64,000 nucleotides of DNA, taken from NCBI RefSeq assembly GCF_009914755.1, contig NC_060936.1. One strand, 5' to 3'. Of this stretch, positions 19,765 to 44,987 are shown piece after piece. Position numbers and translations under genes: made by a program. The stretch comes from the human T2T-CHM13v2.0 reference genome, Homo sapiens. Under the pieces are notes generated by a model. The model was not told the DNA's origin, made no database searches, and worked only from the letters and a program-made list of their open reading frames with translations. The first letter of the stretch is position 1, and each line of letters starts with the position of its first letter.

Positions 19765-20701
19765 CTGAAAAGGCACAAAACAGCAGGTATGAGGAGGGCT
19801 TCAAATTGCAAACACAAGGCAGAGTAAGAAAAGGGAGAATGGAGATACCGTGGCAGGTGGAAGACTATGTCTGGCTTTGTGCTTTATGTATAAGGGAATA
19901 GAATTAATTAAATAATTATAAATTTTTTTAAAGAATATTAGTCCTGGGTGGGGCGCAGTGGCTCGCACCTGTAATCTCAGAATTTTGGGAGGCTGAGGCA
20001 GGTGGATCACTTGAGGTCAGGAGTTCAAGACCAGCCTGGCCAATATAGTGAAACCCCATCTCTAGTAAAAATACAGAAATTAGCATGGTGGCAGGCGCCT
20101 GTAATCCCAGCTACTCAGGAGGCTGAGGCAGGAGAATCACTTGAATGCTGGAGGCAGAGGTTGCTGTGAGCTGAGGTTGTGCTGCTGCACTCTAGCCTGG
20201 GCTACAGAGCTAGACTCTGTCTCAAAAAAAAAAAAAAAAAAAAATTAGCACTGTCACTGAACAACACTCTCACAACCTCAGTATCCAAAGATAGAAGCAG
20301 GCTGGACGCTGTGGCTCATGCCTGTAATCCCAGCATTTTGGGAGGCTGAGGCCAGGAGTTCAAGACCAGCTCGGCCAACATGGTGAAATCCCATCTCTAC
20401 TAAAAATACAAAAATTAGTCAGGCATGGTGTCGGGTGCCTATAATCTCAGCTACTCAGGAGGCCAAGGCAGGAGAACCACTTGAACCCCTGAACCCAGGA
20501 AGTAGGGGTTGCCATGAACCAAAATTGTGCCACTGCACTCCAGCCTGGGCAACAGAATGAGACTCCCTCTCAAAAACAAACAACAATAACAAAAAACAAA
20601 AGCAAATATAAAAGCACAGAATGAATTCAAGAGCTGGAATAAATATTGTGAATATTAACAAGAACCATGCCATTTTTTTTTTTAACTGCGGTAAAACTTA
20701 C

Positions 20702-20734
20702 CTGTTTCATCTGTAGCGGGATCATTCACCAGAT
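20702..20734 (-). CDS. MFAP5: MFAP5 exon 5 (N-LVNDPATDET)
   Basis: 33 nt; CAG acceptor, GTAAG donor. Confidence 0.95.
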
Positions 20735-21067
20735 CTGCAAAGACACATAACAAGGAATGAAAAAATGCAGTCAGGAAAAGTAGCTAAGGAAAGCAGGATA
20801 AGGGGACGATGATCTCAAAGGAGGCAAGAAAGGCTGAAGTGAAAGCCTGTGGACTCGGGCAGATGAGGGACTATCGCAGAAAGAAATGGAAGAGAGAGTA
20901 AGACTGGGCATGCGTACAGAGATGCTGGCATCTAAGGTGACAACAGAACTCTGCATGAGCTCAGAGCACCCTCCAACCCTTCTGAAGTCTTTATTTTTCT
21001 TTATGTAGACATGATCCTTTATCTATCCCCAATAAAACAGCAAACAAACAAACAAAGTGTAGCTTAC

Positions 21068-21112
21068 TAGGATCTTCTGTGAATGTTTCTGGAGTCGCTT
21101 GAGTCACATCGT
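21068..21112 (-). CDS. MFAP5: MFAP5 exon 4 (D-DVTQATPETFTEDP)
   Basis: 45 nt; CAG acceptor, GTAAG donor; peptide visible inside ORF 20991..21281. Confidence 0.96.
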
Positions 21113-21292
21113 CTGAAAAGAAAATTAGAAAACAATTTCTGAGATTCTCTGTCTCCCTGCCACCCTTGCACTTCCAGTAAGTTAAATTGCGAAGCATAGT
21201 GCCCAGCGGAGTTGAGTATCCCACAAATGTTTTTCCTTGACTGCTTACAATAATGACAAACGATTGATGACTTCTTTGCAATACTTATTTAA

Positions 21293-21629
<337 letters not shown>

Positions 21630-21744
21630 CATAATTCTGATATAATTGGGTATGAATTTGCTGATATGCTTAGGAGTGTTCATAAAAGGTAGTATTGTTT
21701 TTTTTTTTTTTAAGAGTCTCGCTCTGTCACCCAGGCTGAAGTGA

Positions 21745-22227
<483 letters not shown>

Positions 22228-22541
22228 TAGGCCTCCCAGTGTGCTAGGATTACAGGTGTGAGCCACTGCACCTGGCCTGTTTGCTAAATATTTAAATGTT
22301 TGCTAAGAGAGTAAATTTCAGGTGCTCTTATTATACACATACAAAAAAGGAAACTAATGAGGATATGGATATGAGAATTTGCTTGACTGTAGTAACCATT
22401 TCACTTTATACACATCTATCAAAATGTCATGGTGGATACTGTAAACACATACAATATAATTTATATGTAAATTAAAAAATAAAAGTAAATGTTAATGCTG
22501 TTTTGTTATTTTGCTTTTTAAAGTAGAGACCACTGGTTTTA

Positions 22542-22795
<254 letters not shown>

Positions 22796-22875
22796 TTACC
22801 CTTCAATGTAAATAGCTTATATTCATAATCCATTCTACCCACTAGGGGTCAGCAAATTCACATAGTTTGCTTTGA

Positions 22876-23004
<129 letters not shown>

Positions 23005-24878
23005 TGAGTGGCTGGGACTACAGGCGTGTGCCACCATGCCCGACTAGTTTTTGTATTTTTAGTAGAGACAGGGTTTCACCATGTTGGCCAGGCTGGTCTT
23101 GAGCTCCTGACCTCAGGTGATCCAACCACCTTGGCCTCCCGAAGTGCTGGGATTACAGGCATAAGCCACCATGCCCGGCCTGACTTCTTTTTTTAACTTC
23201 AGATTCTATTAATAAATGTCAGATGTAAATCTGATGGGAACAAATATTTTTATAAAGCATATCAGAGTTATGGATAATTATAAAAAAGGTGAAATACAAA
23301 TAAAGCATTTCACAGGAATTTCCCTTGCTTACCTCATCCTGTTTTCTAAATTCCAGATAGAAATTCATCAGGTTTGGCTGGGCTTCATGGTTCATGCCTG
23401 TAATCCCAGCATTTTGGGAGGCCAAGGCATGCGTATCACTTGAGGTCAGGAGTTTGAGACCAGTCTGGCCAACATGGTAAAATCCCATCTCTACTAAAAA
23501 TACAAAAATTAGCTGGGCATGGGTGGTGCATGCCTGTAGTCCCAATTACTCAGGAGGCTGAGGCAGGAGAATGAATTGAACTCAGGAGGCGGAGGTTGCA
23601 GTGAGCTGAGATCTTGCCACTGCACTCCAGCCTGGGACAGAGTGAGACTCTGCCAAAAAAAAAATTCATCAGGCTTGACAAAAAAGCCTCTTAACCTTTC
23701 ACACTCATTATGGGCTTTCTTCTTTCAGAACACTTTTTTTTTTAAGTAGGATGTCATTGATTAGAAGAACAATCTTTTAACAAAAGGAATCCAAGTCTGT
23801 TCCAATCCCACAGGATATTTGAAAAACCACTAACCTGAATCATTCCAGAGACTGCAGGAGAGGAGTGGAGCCTCTCCCGGGTGTAGCCCAATCCTTCCTG
23901 GTTCCCTTTCTCTAGAGGCCTAGCTACATTCCAGTCCAGCCACTCACAGAAACAGGAGCAAAGCAATGGGAGAACTGAGGGCTTGAGAATGTATCCTAGC
24001 TGTCTCTGGGATTTCAGGGCAGAGTACTGCTTTTCTGCATATACCTCAGTTTAACCAACTGTTCCAAGAGCTATCACCATATAAATACTTTATCTAGTAT
24101 TCATGAAGTTCTCTCTGAAAAAAAAAATTAACGTATTTTCTTTTCCTTTTCTTTTTTTGAGAGAGTCTCACTCTGTTGCCCAGGCTGCAGTACAGTGGTG
24201 CCATCATAGCTCCTTTGCAGCTTCGAACTCCTGGGCTCAAGCGATCCTTTCACCTCAGCCTTCTGAGTAGCTAGGACAACCAGCAAACCACCACACCTGG
24301 CTTTTTTTTTTTTTTTTTTTTTTTAAGAGATAGGGTCTCAGGCTGGCAGCAGTGGCTCACACCTGTAATCCCAGCACTTTGGGAGGCCGAGGCCTGCAGA
24401 TCATCTGAGGTCAGGAGTTTGCGACCAGCCTGACTAACACGGTGAAACGCTGTCTCTACTAAATACAAAAAATTAGCCAGTTGTGGTGGCGCATGCCTAT
24501 AATCCAAGCTACTTAGGAGGCTGAGACAGGAGAATCACTTGTACTTGAGAGATGGAGGTTGCAGTGAGCCGAGATCGCGCAATTGTACTACAGCCTGGGT
24601 AACAAGAGCGAAACTCTGTCTCGAAAAAAAAAAAAAATAAAAGGGTCTCACTATGTTGCCCAGGCTGATCTCAAACTCATGGCCTCAAGTGATCATCCCA
24701 CCTCAACCTCCCAAAGTGCTTGGTATTACAGGCATGAGCCACCACACCAGGCAAGACAGTTCATCATACCTTATGATATGTCTGCGAGAAAAGCATCTAA
24801 AGTCTTAACACAGGACTGGTTCCTAATCAGCCCAGAAAAATGAATTCCGATTTTCAGTTTTGCTGGTACTAAAATCTC

Positions 24879-24919
24879 GGGAGGCCTTTCCCCTAGTCTG
24901 AAGTCTAGTCACATTCCTG
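24879..24919 (+). repeat. Copy A of a perfect 41-bp direct repeat (MFAP5 intron 3)
   Basis: GGGAGGCCTTTCCCCTAGTCTGAAGTCTAGTCACATTCCTG, identical to 27151-27191. Confidence 0.95.
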
Positions 24920-25417
24920 CCCTTTTTTCCTAGATTCAGATTTAGATTCAGAAACTCGGGGATTCGGGTATTTTTACCAACAACAGAAAAAAAATTTTTG
25001 TATTTTTATCTTCTGTACCAGGACCCACTGCAAGAAAAATATACTGTACCCTGGTATATACATATGGAAAACTAAGAGAAGTTTTATTAAAGTTGTATGA
25101 AATAATACTTTACTCTTGCAAAACACATGCAATGCATCCCGGTATATTTGTTTTGGTCTATCTTAATTCATTTTAAAAATTAATACCAGTTGTGACCCAC
25201 TAAATTGATTTCATGATCCCATTAATAGGTTGCCTACTGGAGCGCTCTGTCCTCTAACTCTCCTGGGATGGGAGAAATAAAGAGATAAATTATAATTATG
25301 TTGAATGCCTTGAGGCAGAATGGAGTTTTCTTCATGAAGTCGAAGGAAGTGGTCCTCTAGGGGTCACAACTTTTGGGATTTTTGTTATAGAGAATGGTGT
25401 GAGCAAAAATTACCTAA

Positions 25418-25633
<216 letters not shown>

Positions 25634-26174
25634 TAGGACCACAGGCATGCGCCACCATGCCAGGCTAATTTTTTTTTTTTCTAGAGATGAGGTCTCCCTG
25701 TGCTGCCCAGTTTGGTCTCAAACTCCTGGGCTCAAGCGATCCTCCTGCCTCAGCCTCCCAAAGTGCTGGGATTATGGGTATAAGATGACTTCTTATCCTG
25801 TCTTTCATTTTTCCACTGTTACATGAATTAAGGAACGCTTTTTGTAAGGACTAGTAAGCATTTTCTGAGTAAGATAGGAGATGTGTAAAGAAAAATGAAA
25901 ACAGAAATGGTCATAGAGGATGTCTTGGGAAGGTGTTTCAGTAGTTTAAAAACACACACACAAGAAGCTTTTATGAATGGGATAATAGGATTGTGGAAAC
26001 TGGTGAAGTTGATCCTATTTCTCACACTTTGGCAATGCATCTCTTTGTTGTAGGAAATATTCTTTTTTTTTTTTTTTGGCAGCGATAGATAAGCAGGAAG
26101 GATTTTTTAACTCTGTTCATCTAAATTTTCCTGATAAGAACCCCAACAGAGCCGCTATCCAAGGGTTCACCTAC

Positions 26175-26210
26175 CTCCTCGTTGACTATTGACCCCCAGG
26201 GGTATCCAGT
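26175..26210 (-). CDS. MFAP5: MFAP5 exon 3 (D-WIPLGVNSQRG)
   Basis: 36 nt; TAG acceptor, GTAGGT donor; supplies R, G and the first base of D in the RGD motif. Confidence 0.96.
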
Positions 26211-27150
26211 CTAAAGCAAAGGAAGAGAAAAGAGATGTGAGTGACTGCAGCTCTATACCTCGTAACCCTTTTATGAGACAAATCAGAAAATCATGGAGAA
26301 ATGGTTATACATTATCTTTGTGACTTATTCCTATATAGCTCAATATAAAATTACTGAGACCATTAGTGCTATGAACAAAACCAATAGGAATAGAAAGACT
26401 TCAGAAAGACAAGTTCCTTCACTGCTGTGCATTTGTTTGGTAAAAAGAAAAAAAAGACAAGTTCCTGAGAACAAAGCCCTGCTGCCCTCTTACCCTCATT
26501 CCTGGCCAGGAATGAAGTCCAGCTCCACTGAGAGGCCTGGCAGCCCTTCTAGCCCCACGGCTTCCCCGCTAGCTATGCTAGTGAACAAGACAGAAGAATT
26601 ATTTTTCTCAATCTGTATCGGAAGAAGGAGGGAAAAAAATAGAGTAGGACATCTTTACAGCCTAAAGTTCACTTTCTGTGGCCAGTCTTCTAGCCAGATT
26701 CTGGGAAATCTGTGAAGATCACTTTTCTCTTGTGTGTCAGTATGGCATATATTTTTTGCATGCATGTGAGTATACCTGCATGCATGATGGTAATAGTGTA
26801 TGTATTCCCACTGTTCTTCTTCAAGATTTACATTTGGTCCAGTTTCTTTTTTTCTTTTTTCCTTTTTTTTTTTAATGGAGATGAGGTTAACTCATCTCAC
26901 TATGTTGCCCAGGTTGGTCTCAGTGATCCTCTCCACTCAGTCTCCCAAAGTGCTAGGAGTATAGGTGTGAGCCCACCATGCCCAGCCCAGGTCCAGTTTC
27001 TTTCTAGGTAGTCCCTCCTCTATGTTTGTGTATGTATTTGTATATCAGCTTCTTTTTTGCTTTGCAATTTGTTTACTCATATGTGACCCTCTTTGGGTGG
27101 TTAATATGCATTTGTGTGTATCTTAGTTGCACCTTAGTTTCATAATTCTT

Positions 27151-27191
27151 GGGAGGCCTTTCCCCTAGTCTGAAGTCTAGTCACATTCCTG
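27151..27191 (+). repeat. Copy B of the 41-bp direct repeat (MFAP5 intron 2)
   Basis: Identical to 24879-24919. Confidence 0.95.
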
Positions 27192-27358
27192 AACTTTTTT
27201 TCTTAACACAAAATCTGTTCTTCTAATAGGAATTCCAGAGCTCAATACCAAGCATCTCTACTGCTATTCCTCTTCGACCTCATTCCATCCCATCTCCTGC
27301 CACACACGTGTATAGCTGAGGAGCTGAGGGTTTAGGGAGCAAAGAATAAAGGACTCAC

Positions 27359-27416
27359 CAGAGGTGATGATGAATGCAGCAAGAAACAGCAGCACCTTGG
27401 GTCCCAAGAGCGACAT
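27359..27416 (-). CDS. MFAP5: MFAP5 exon 2, coding part (MSLLGPKVLLFLAAFIITS, signal peptide); the exon spans 27359-27418
   Basis: ATG at 27414-27416; acceptor AG at 27419-27420; donor GTGAGT; peptide visible in ORF 27264..27464. Confidence 0.97.
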
Positions 27417-27938
27417 ATCTATAGGGGTGGTGGGCATAGCAGAGAATGTGATGCTCAGAGGCACATCAGCATTTCAGTGCCAGGGAAAGATGCCTCTGAG
27501 GTCCCTGTCTCTTTGTCTTCCCAGAACTTTCTTCATTTTCCCTTATGACTCAAACCCTTTCTCTCTTTTCTTACCTTTCACCCAACATTCATTTCTCCCT
27601 CAAATCTATTCCTTGGTCACTTACCATTATTCTTGCTTTTATTATTCTCTGCTACCAAGTCAGAGGAAATTTTACATTCTACATGGTCCGTACTTGGCCC
27701 TACCCTTTGGCCTCTTTCACCCCTGATGTGGAATCTTCCTTTCTCATATGCGTGACTTTTTCATATCATCTGCTCATCTTGGCGTCTCCTTCATCAGAAT
27801 TCCACGGTTATTTGGGAGGTCTGCTCAAGACTAAGTTCAGTGACATTCCCCATTGCCCCCTCCAGCCCTTTCACACACACACAGACATACACACATTCCC
27901 TCTGTCTCTTTAGGGTTTCAGGTAATCAAATAACTCAC

Positions 27939-28149
27939 TGTCTATGGTGTTCTGCTCTTTCCACCGAGTCCTTTGGCTGCTGAATGTGTCTCTCTCCTCT
28001 TACGCTGTTCCTACTTTGGCTGGCGAATAAGATGAACAGAGCCACTCCCTGGAAAGGACTTCAGATTTGGCCTCCGCTGAAACAATGAGATGAGGGAGAG
28101 CAAGAAAGCCAGGGTAGGCGTAGAATGTGTGTTACAATGAGGCTGGAAT
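27939..28149 (-). other. MFAP5: MFAP5 non-coding exon 1 and TSS region
   Basis: Donor ...CCATAGACA|GTGAGT at 27938; matches the recalled MFAP5 5' UTR (ATTCCAGCCTCATTGTAACACAC...). The TSS is approximate; no TATA box seen. Confidence 0.85.
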
Positions 28150-30317
28150 GAGAAGGGAGATGGGAATTTGCAGTTGCTCACACCCTCATTCCAAATGTTA
28201 TGACTACACTGGTGAGAGCTCTTGCTGCTCCCTGGAAGTGTTGGCCCCAGCTCATGTATTGCCTTTCTTCCATTAGCCTATTTTCCCTCCTCTCACGATC
28301 TGGTCCCAGCTCCCCTTTGTTCCTTGGGTTCTTTCTTACCGAAAAGTTCCGTCTCCTCCTTGGTGTGTTTTAATGCACATTATAGATGCTGTTTCTCTCT
28401 CTCTGGCTATCTTCTTCTTCTTTGTTTTTTGTTTTTTTTTTTTAAGACAGAGTTTTGCTCCTGTCACCCAGGCTGGAGTGCAATGATGTGATCTTGGCTC
28501 ACTGCAACCTCCGCCTCCTGAGTTCAAGCAATTATCCTGCCTCAGCCTCCTTATATTCCATATTTGAATCATTCCTTCATCCTTCTTTCTCACTTTCTTT
28601 TTCAATATTCGTCTCTTCAGCACTAACAAATTTCTTTTTATTCCTGTATTTCTTTTTCATCTCTGCCTCTTTCTTGACCTACACATTTAGACTCTTCTTG
28701 TTTTTTTTCCCCTTGGAATATCCTATGTATTCTCACAACCAAGCGAACACAGATACCTTATGAGTTTTGTCCAAGAGGAAGGCTGGCTACCTTAGGGTTA
28801 TAAAAAGTTGAGGAACTTTTCAGAACTCTCCAAATCATTTTCAAATGTAGAGAAGCTCTGTGAAAGGGGTGCCAGCCTTACTTTGTCTTTTGGCTTTGTT
28901 TGAGCTTAACTAAGAATCTGGGTTTCTGGGCTCTTAAGGATAAAATGCAATCAGATGCCCAAAGAAAATTGAAAGGCAAGGTTATTATGCTTGCCTCATT
29001 TTCTACCAATATTTTTCCTTAGATCATATAATGTGTAGATAACACTTTCTCTGATCCAGGATTTTTTCTTTTTTTTAAGATAGGGTCTTGCTCTGTCACC
29101 CAGGCTGGAGTACAGTGGCATGATCACAGTTCACTGCAGGCTTGACCTGGGCTCAAGTGATCCTCCTGCCTCAGCCTCCTAAGTCGCTGGGACTACAGGT
29201 GCATGCCACTATGCCAGGCGAATTTAGATGTATTTTTTTGTAGAGACAGGATTTTGCTATGTTGCTCAGCCTTGATTCAGGAATTTTAAAGGCTTTGTAT
29301 TTCTTCTTATTCACAGAGACTCTAGTGGTTCAACCACTAAAACATTCCCGCTTTGGATTCAAGAGCAAACTTGAATTACAGAAACTCAAGTCTGAGGAAT
29401 GGTGGACCTTGTATGCCATAGAAATATGTAAGTTTCAGGTTTCCTGTTGGCTCCCCTTTAGTCTACATTATATATCTCCCTGATGAAATAAATTAGAGAA
29501 GAGTACAGGTAGACAGAGAGCAGATAGTATTAATAAATTACATACTAGAAGAAAATAAAAGGGGGTATGATGGAAGGAAGGAAAGAAGGAAAGAAGGAAG
29601 GAAGGAGTCTAGTTGAGAGGAAAAAAGAGCAGTGGACACAGAAATAAGCAAATCGCACTTTGTAAGCACCTCTGGGACCTCCGAGGGAGCTGTAAGTGCT
29701 ACATCTCTAAGATACATGGAATCTGGTCAGTCCGCAGAACAAGCTGAGTGCTACGCCCAGCTCTTCCTGATCTTCCTGCCCCAGAACTTGCTCTTCTTCC
29801 ATCTGCTCCCCAGTGAAGGGGCTGAGACTAGAAAACAGATGTGATTCTAGTCTGAGGAGAGTCAGGGGAAGAAAAGGGTGTTGGGAGAAGAAACAAAAAA
29901 GCAGATGCAAAGCAGGACATAGCTAAGGCAGGACATAGAATAGAGAGCCTAGAGCAACAATCAAGTTTTCCATGAAGCTCAGACAGATGGAGACACTGAA
30001 CTCAGGCCAGTCATTTGGCAGGGAGAGCAATGACCTCAATGTGCTGGCCTGGCTAGAGGCTATAGTTTAGGAGAGCCTCCCCAGGCAGTGGGAGGGGGCG
30101 TTCTCCTGGGGTTGTAGGAGGTAGTCTGGAGTTGGGGCAGTGAAAATAGGAACAGAATGTTCAGAGCAGGGCTGAAGAAGAGAACAGGCAGGGAGTAGCA
30201 TCCTAGAAGGAAAGGAGAGGTAGTGAGACAGGAACTGGCAGAAGAGCAGGACAACCATATATTGTTGGGTTTTAAAGACTTTTGAGAATGCAGTTTGTTT
30301 CAAGGTTGGTTAGTTTC

Positions 30318-30615
30318 TTTTTTTTTTTTTTTTTTTTTTTGTGAGATAGAGTCTCGCTCTGTTGCCCAAGCTGGAGTGTAGTGGCGTGAACTTGGCTCAC
30401 TGAAACCTTCGTCTTCTGGGTTCAAGTGATTTTCCTGCCCTAGTAACTGGGATTACAGGCATCCGCCACCAGGCCCGGCTAATTTTTGTATTTTTAGTAG
30501 AGAGGGGGTTTCGCCATGTTGGCCTGGCTGGTCTCGAACTCCTAACCTCAAGTGATTTGCTCCCCTCAGCCTCCCAAAGTACTGGGATTACAGGTGTGAG
30601 ACACCACACCTGGCC
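30318..30615 (-). mobile_element. AluS element
   Basis: Antisense Alu; TSD CAAGGTTGGTTA. Confidence 0.9.
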
Positions 30616-31825
30616 AAGGTTGGTTAATTTTTTCATGGCAACTATGGCGGGCCCTTTATTCTACTACAGTTCCCCATTTGTTCTCAGAGCCCAGGTTTGG
30701 ATCCCCAGGCTTAGAGATCCTCAGATTTGCTTTTCTCAGGGTGATTTTGTCAGCCTCTGTTGCATTGTACATTAATTAATCATTTAATGACATCAAGTCA
30801 AAATCAGCACCAATGGTCAGAAACGAGCAAATGCCATCCAGAGTTACAAGTCCATAATTTTCTGGGGTTCTTTTTGACTCACTGAGTAGCAATCCATACT
30901 TCCATCCCATATAGGCTGGATCTCCTGAGGGTAGACAACACATTCTCCAGCAATAAGAAAGCCCCTCATGGGACTGACTGGCGCGTGTAGAAGTGACTTA
31001 ATGAAGGCAATCTATGTTTGAGTTACCCAGGAAAATTTTCGTTTTTATAAAATGTCTGTGAAAGATGGGCAAAGGGCAAAGAAAGAGGAGAGAGACAGAG
31101 ATGCGAGATGTCAAGCTGGTTTTATTCATCTGTTTATTGGCTTGTAAAGAATACACCCATTAGCTGAAGGCCTCTGGGCAAATGTACAGAAACGTTATTA
31201 CTACAGTCCCATCCAACTAAATTAAACCCAGGAGCTAAACACACACACAAAAAATTTCCCATAAAAGGAAGGAAAAGAAAGGGGGAAGGTTATATGAGGC
31301 AGGGAGGGCAGGGAGAGGGAGTGGTGTGTGTAGAGGAATGAAGCAATGAAGTAGTAACAGCCAAACACAAAAGATGGACTTAGATGCCAAAAGACATATG
31401 TCCTTAGAAAACTGAAGCTAGGGAACACTTGTTTGTCCATCAAAATCCGGCCTAGATGTCGCCTCCTGCCAGAAACCTTTCCTGGTCTCCTCTGCCTCTA
31501 AAGAGTTCATCATTCCCTCTATTAAACCAACTCTTTGTTTATTTGTATAATTATATAATCCACTTTATTAAACTCTTTTACATATCTTTAATCCTTATTA
31601 GGCTGAGGGTTTCTTTTCTTAGTTTTTTATTTTTTATAGAAATGGGGTCTCACTATGTTGCCCGGGCTGGTATCGAACTCCTGGGCTCAAGTCATCCCCC
31701 TGCCTCGGCCTCTCAAAGTGCTGGAATTATAAGCGTGAGCCACTGCCCCTAGCCTAGGCTGAGTGTTTCTTGATGGAAGAGGCTGTCTTACTCCTCTTTA
31801 GGTGACATAATGGTTAGCACATTAA

Positions 31826-32676
<851 letters not shown>

Positions 32677-33407
32677 TTATCTAAATTTGGTCAACTGGAT
32701 TGAATTGAGATGAAGACTTGAAATAGTAACTTCCTATTTTTGAAATATTAACATTCAAAGACTTAGTCAAATGCAAGGGGGTAGAGGATAACGTTTTAGG
32801 GAAGTAAGCAGTTTGAGAGTATACATGGAGTTCAGCAAATGGAACAAGCAATCAATGTATTGAAGTGATATGGGGGCAATAGAACAAAAAGGAATAGGCT
32901 CCCCCAAAGCAGAAAAATTGGGCAACAGCTAGTCTTAAAGGAATTTTAGCAGTAAGACTGTAAAAGTTATTTCACGTAAAACATATATAATTTATATCTA
33001 CAATAATTAGTGCTTCTGTCTCATCATTTTGCTTTGTGTAAATTTTCTGATGGCACTGGTAGTCGGTCTTACACTGTTACAGTCATACTTTCTTGACCAC
33101 ACAGACGTAAAATGTTTGATCCAGGTTTAAGATTCTGCTCAAGTTCCTGAACCCACAACTAAAAAGATATAAATAACTCTGATAAAACTGGCTATAGACA
33201 AACAAAACAGGACAAGTTCTAAAAATTCATTCATCCATCTTCTCATTCTACCTGCCAAAATAAAAAAGAGAGAGAGAAACTCTGGAATTTGCAAATATGG
33301 TTTAAAACAGGAAAGTTCAATGTATATAGTTATTAATAATAACTCATATAATTAGTAATTTCAGCACATCTATATAATATAGTTTTATAAATTATATGTA
33401 TTAATAC

Positions 33408-34243
33408 TAGGCAGCCTGTAAGACAGTCCCAATGATCCCCGTCTCCTGTTTTGTTTTGTTTTGTTTTTGAGATGGAGTCTCTTTCTGTTGCCCAGGCTGG
33501 AGTGCAGTGGTGCGATCTTGGCTTACTCCCAACCTCCACCTCCCAGGTTCAAGCAATTCTCATGCCTTAGCCTCCCGAGTAGCTGGGATTACAAGTGCCA
33601 GCCACCCCACCATGCTAGTTTTCGTATTTTTAGTAGAGACGGCGTTTCACCATGTTGGCCAGGCTGGTCTTGAACTCCTGAGCTCAAGTGACCTGCCTGC
33701 GTCAGCCTCCCAAAGTGCTGGGATTACGGGCGTGAGCCACTGTGCCTGGCCTCCCACCTCCCGTTCTTCATCCCCTGTGTGATCCTCCTGCTTTGAGTGT
33801 GATCTTAGGTACTACTAGCAAATAGAACATAGCAGAGGTAATGGGGTGTGACTTCCCAGATTATGTAACAGGAAGACTCTGGCTTCTATTTTTGGTGCTC
33901 CCTCTTGCTCTCCTGCTTTCTTCTTTGCTCTGAACAAAGCCAGCTGCCATGCTGTGAGCTGCTTTATTAAGATGCCCAAGTGGCAAGGCACTGATGTCTG
34001 TAGCCAAAAGCCAGCAACCCAAGGCCTGCCAAAAGCCACGTGCATGAACTTGGAAGTGGATCTTTTCTCAATTGGGCCCTGAGATGATGACAGCACCAGC
34101 TAACACCTTGATGACAGCCTTATGAGATACCCTGAGCCAAAGGTACCCAGCTAAGTCATGTTTGGATTACTAATCAACAGAAACGTTGGGAAAATAAATG
34201 TTTTTGTTTTAAGCTGTTAAATTTTGGGCTAGATAACTAATAT
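33408..34243 (+). mobile_element. MLT1 (MaLR) LTR interrupted by an antisense Alu (~33450-33751)
   Basis: GGCAGCCTGTAAGACAGTCCCAATGATCCCC head, CCAGCTGCCATGCTGTGAG core, AATAAATGTTTTTGTTTTAAGC...TAGATAACTAATA tail. Confidence 0.75.
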
Positions 34244-34323
34244 GTTGTATAACTACAATACAGGATTATTTTTATCTATTATATAAATTTAATATATATA
34301 TATTTGTAACTATATATAGTATA

Positions 34324-34736
34324 TTTCTTAGTCCATTTGTGTTGCTGTAAAGGAATACCCAAGCCTGGGTAAGTTATAAAGAAAAGAGGTTTATTTGGCT
34401 CATGATTCTGCAGGCTGTGCAAGAAGCATGGTGCCAGCATCTGTTTCTGGTGAGGGACACAGGGTTCGTCCACTCATGGATGAAGGGGAAGGGGAGCTGG
34501 CAAGAGAGGAAGGAAGCAAGAGAGAGGGGAGGGAGGAGCCAGGCTCTTTTTAACAACCAGCTCTCACAAGAACTAATAGAGGGAGAACTCACTAATTACT
34601 ATGGGGAGAACACCAAGCCATTTATGAGGGATCTCACCCCATGATCCAAGCACCTCCCACTAGGCCTACCTCTAACATTGGGGGTCAAGTTTCAACATGA
34701 GATTTGGAGGGGCCAAACCATATCCAAACCATAGCA
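34324..34736 (-). mobile_element. MST (MSTB-like) solo LTR
   Basis: TTAGTCCATTTGTGTTGCTGTAAAGGAATACC...CCATATCCAAACCATAGCA. Confidence 0.85.
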
Positions 34737-34991
34737 GTATATAATAATTATACAATATAGTATCAACACAGTTATATTAAGATGAAATACTATAAATTAC
34801 CTCATATATTAAATATTAATGTAAATTAGTAATAATGGCTAATATTTATGGAGAATTTGTCATGTGTTAGGCTATGGTAGCTAAAAAGTAAGTACAGTAT
34901 GATTATGCTACATAAATTATATACCTCCTTTGGAAAATAATACATTCATAGGAAAGCAGAGAGAAAAGAAGGAAATGAAAAGAAAAAATAA

Positions 34992-38038
<3,047 letters not shown>

Positions 38039-38550
38039 GTTCTCATGAGATCTGGTTGTTTGGAAGTGTGCTACCTCCCCGCCTCCCCGTGCTCCTGCTT
38101 TCACCATGTGAATGGCCTGCCCTTGCTTTGCCTTCCGTCATGAGTAAAAGCTTCCTGAGTTCTCACCAAAAGCAGATGCCGCTATGCTTCCTGTATAGCC
38201 TGTGGAATCATAAGCCAATTAAACCTCTTTTGTCTATAAATTACCCAGTCTTAGAGTTAAGTGGTGCCATCTTGACTCACTGCAACCTCCACCTCCCGGG
38301 TTCAAGAGATTTTCATGCTTCAGCCTCCTGAGTAGCTGGAATTACAGGTGCCCGCCACCATGCCCAGCTAATTTTTGTATTTTTAGTAGAGACAGGGTTT
38401 CACCATGTTAGCCAGGCTAGTCTTGAACTCCTGACCTCAGGTGATCTACCTGCCTTGGCCTCCCAAAGTGCTGGGATTACAGGCCTGAGCCACCATGCCT
38501 GGCCTCTGACCGGGTATTTCTTTAGAGTAATGCAAGAACAGCCTAATACA
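38039..38550 (+). mobile_element. 3' half of an MST-type LTR abutting the THE1, interrupted by an Alu (~38258-38504)
   Basis: CATGAGATCTGGTTGTTT...CCAATTAAACCTCTTTT...ATTACCCAGTC / GGTATTTCTTTA...CTAATACA. Confidence 0.7.
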
Positions 38551-38689
38551 GTGACAGAGCTATGCTGAGAGCAGTGACAGGTAGAGGTACAGTGCTGGTC
38601 TTTCAAATACTCCTTACTGACAAGTTTTCGTGAATCACTGATACCTTTCCATTTGAAGAGCATTCTCCTCAACTCCCTGAATGGTGCTA

Positions 38690-39432
<743 letters not shown>

Positions 39433-39478
39433 AGCATCTCTGAAGTTAAGCCTCATCGTTTTAACAGACTAGGGTTAA

Positions 39479-44987
<5,509 letters not shown>

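Noticed and set aside
26405-26466. 14-bp repeat AAAGACAAGTTCCT twice within 60 bp; also a ~21-bp tandem near 42690-42732
   Set aside because: Short local duplications with no evident function.
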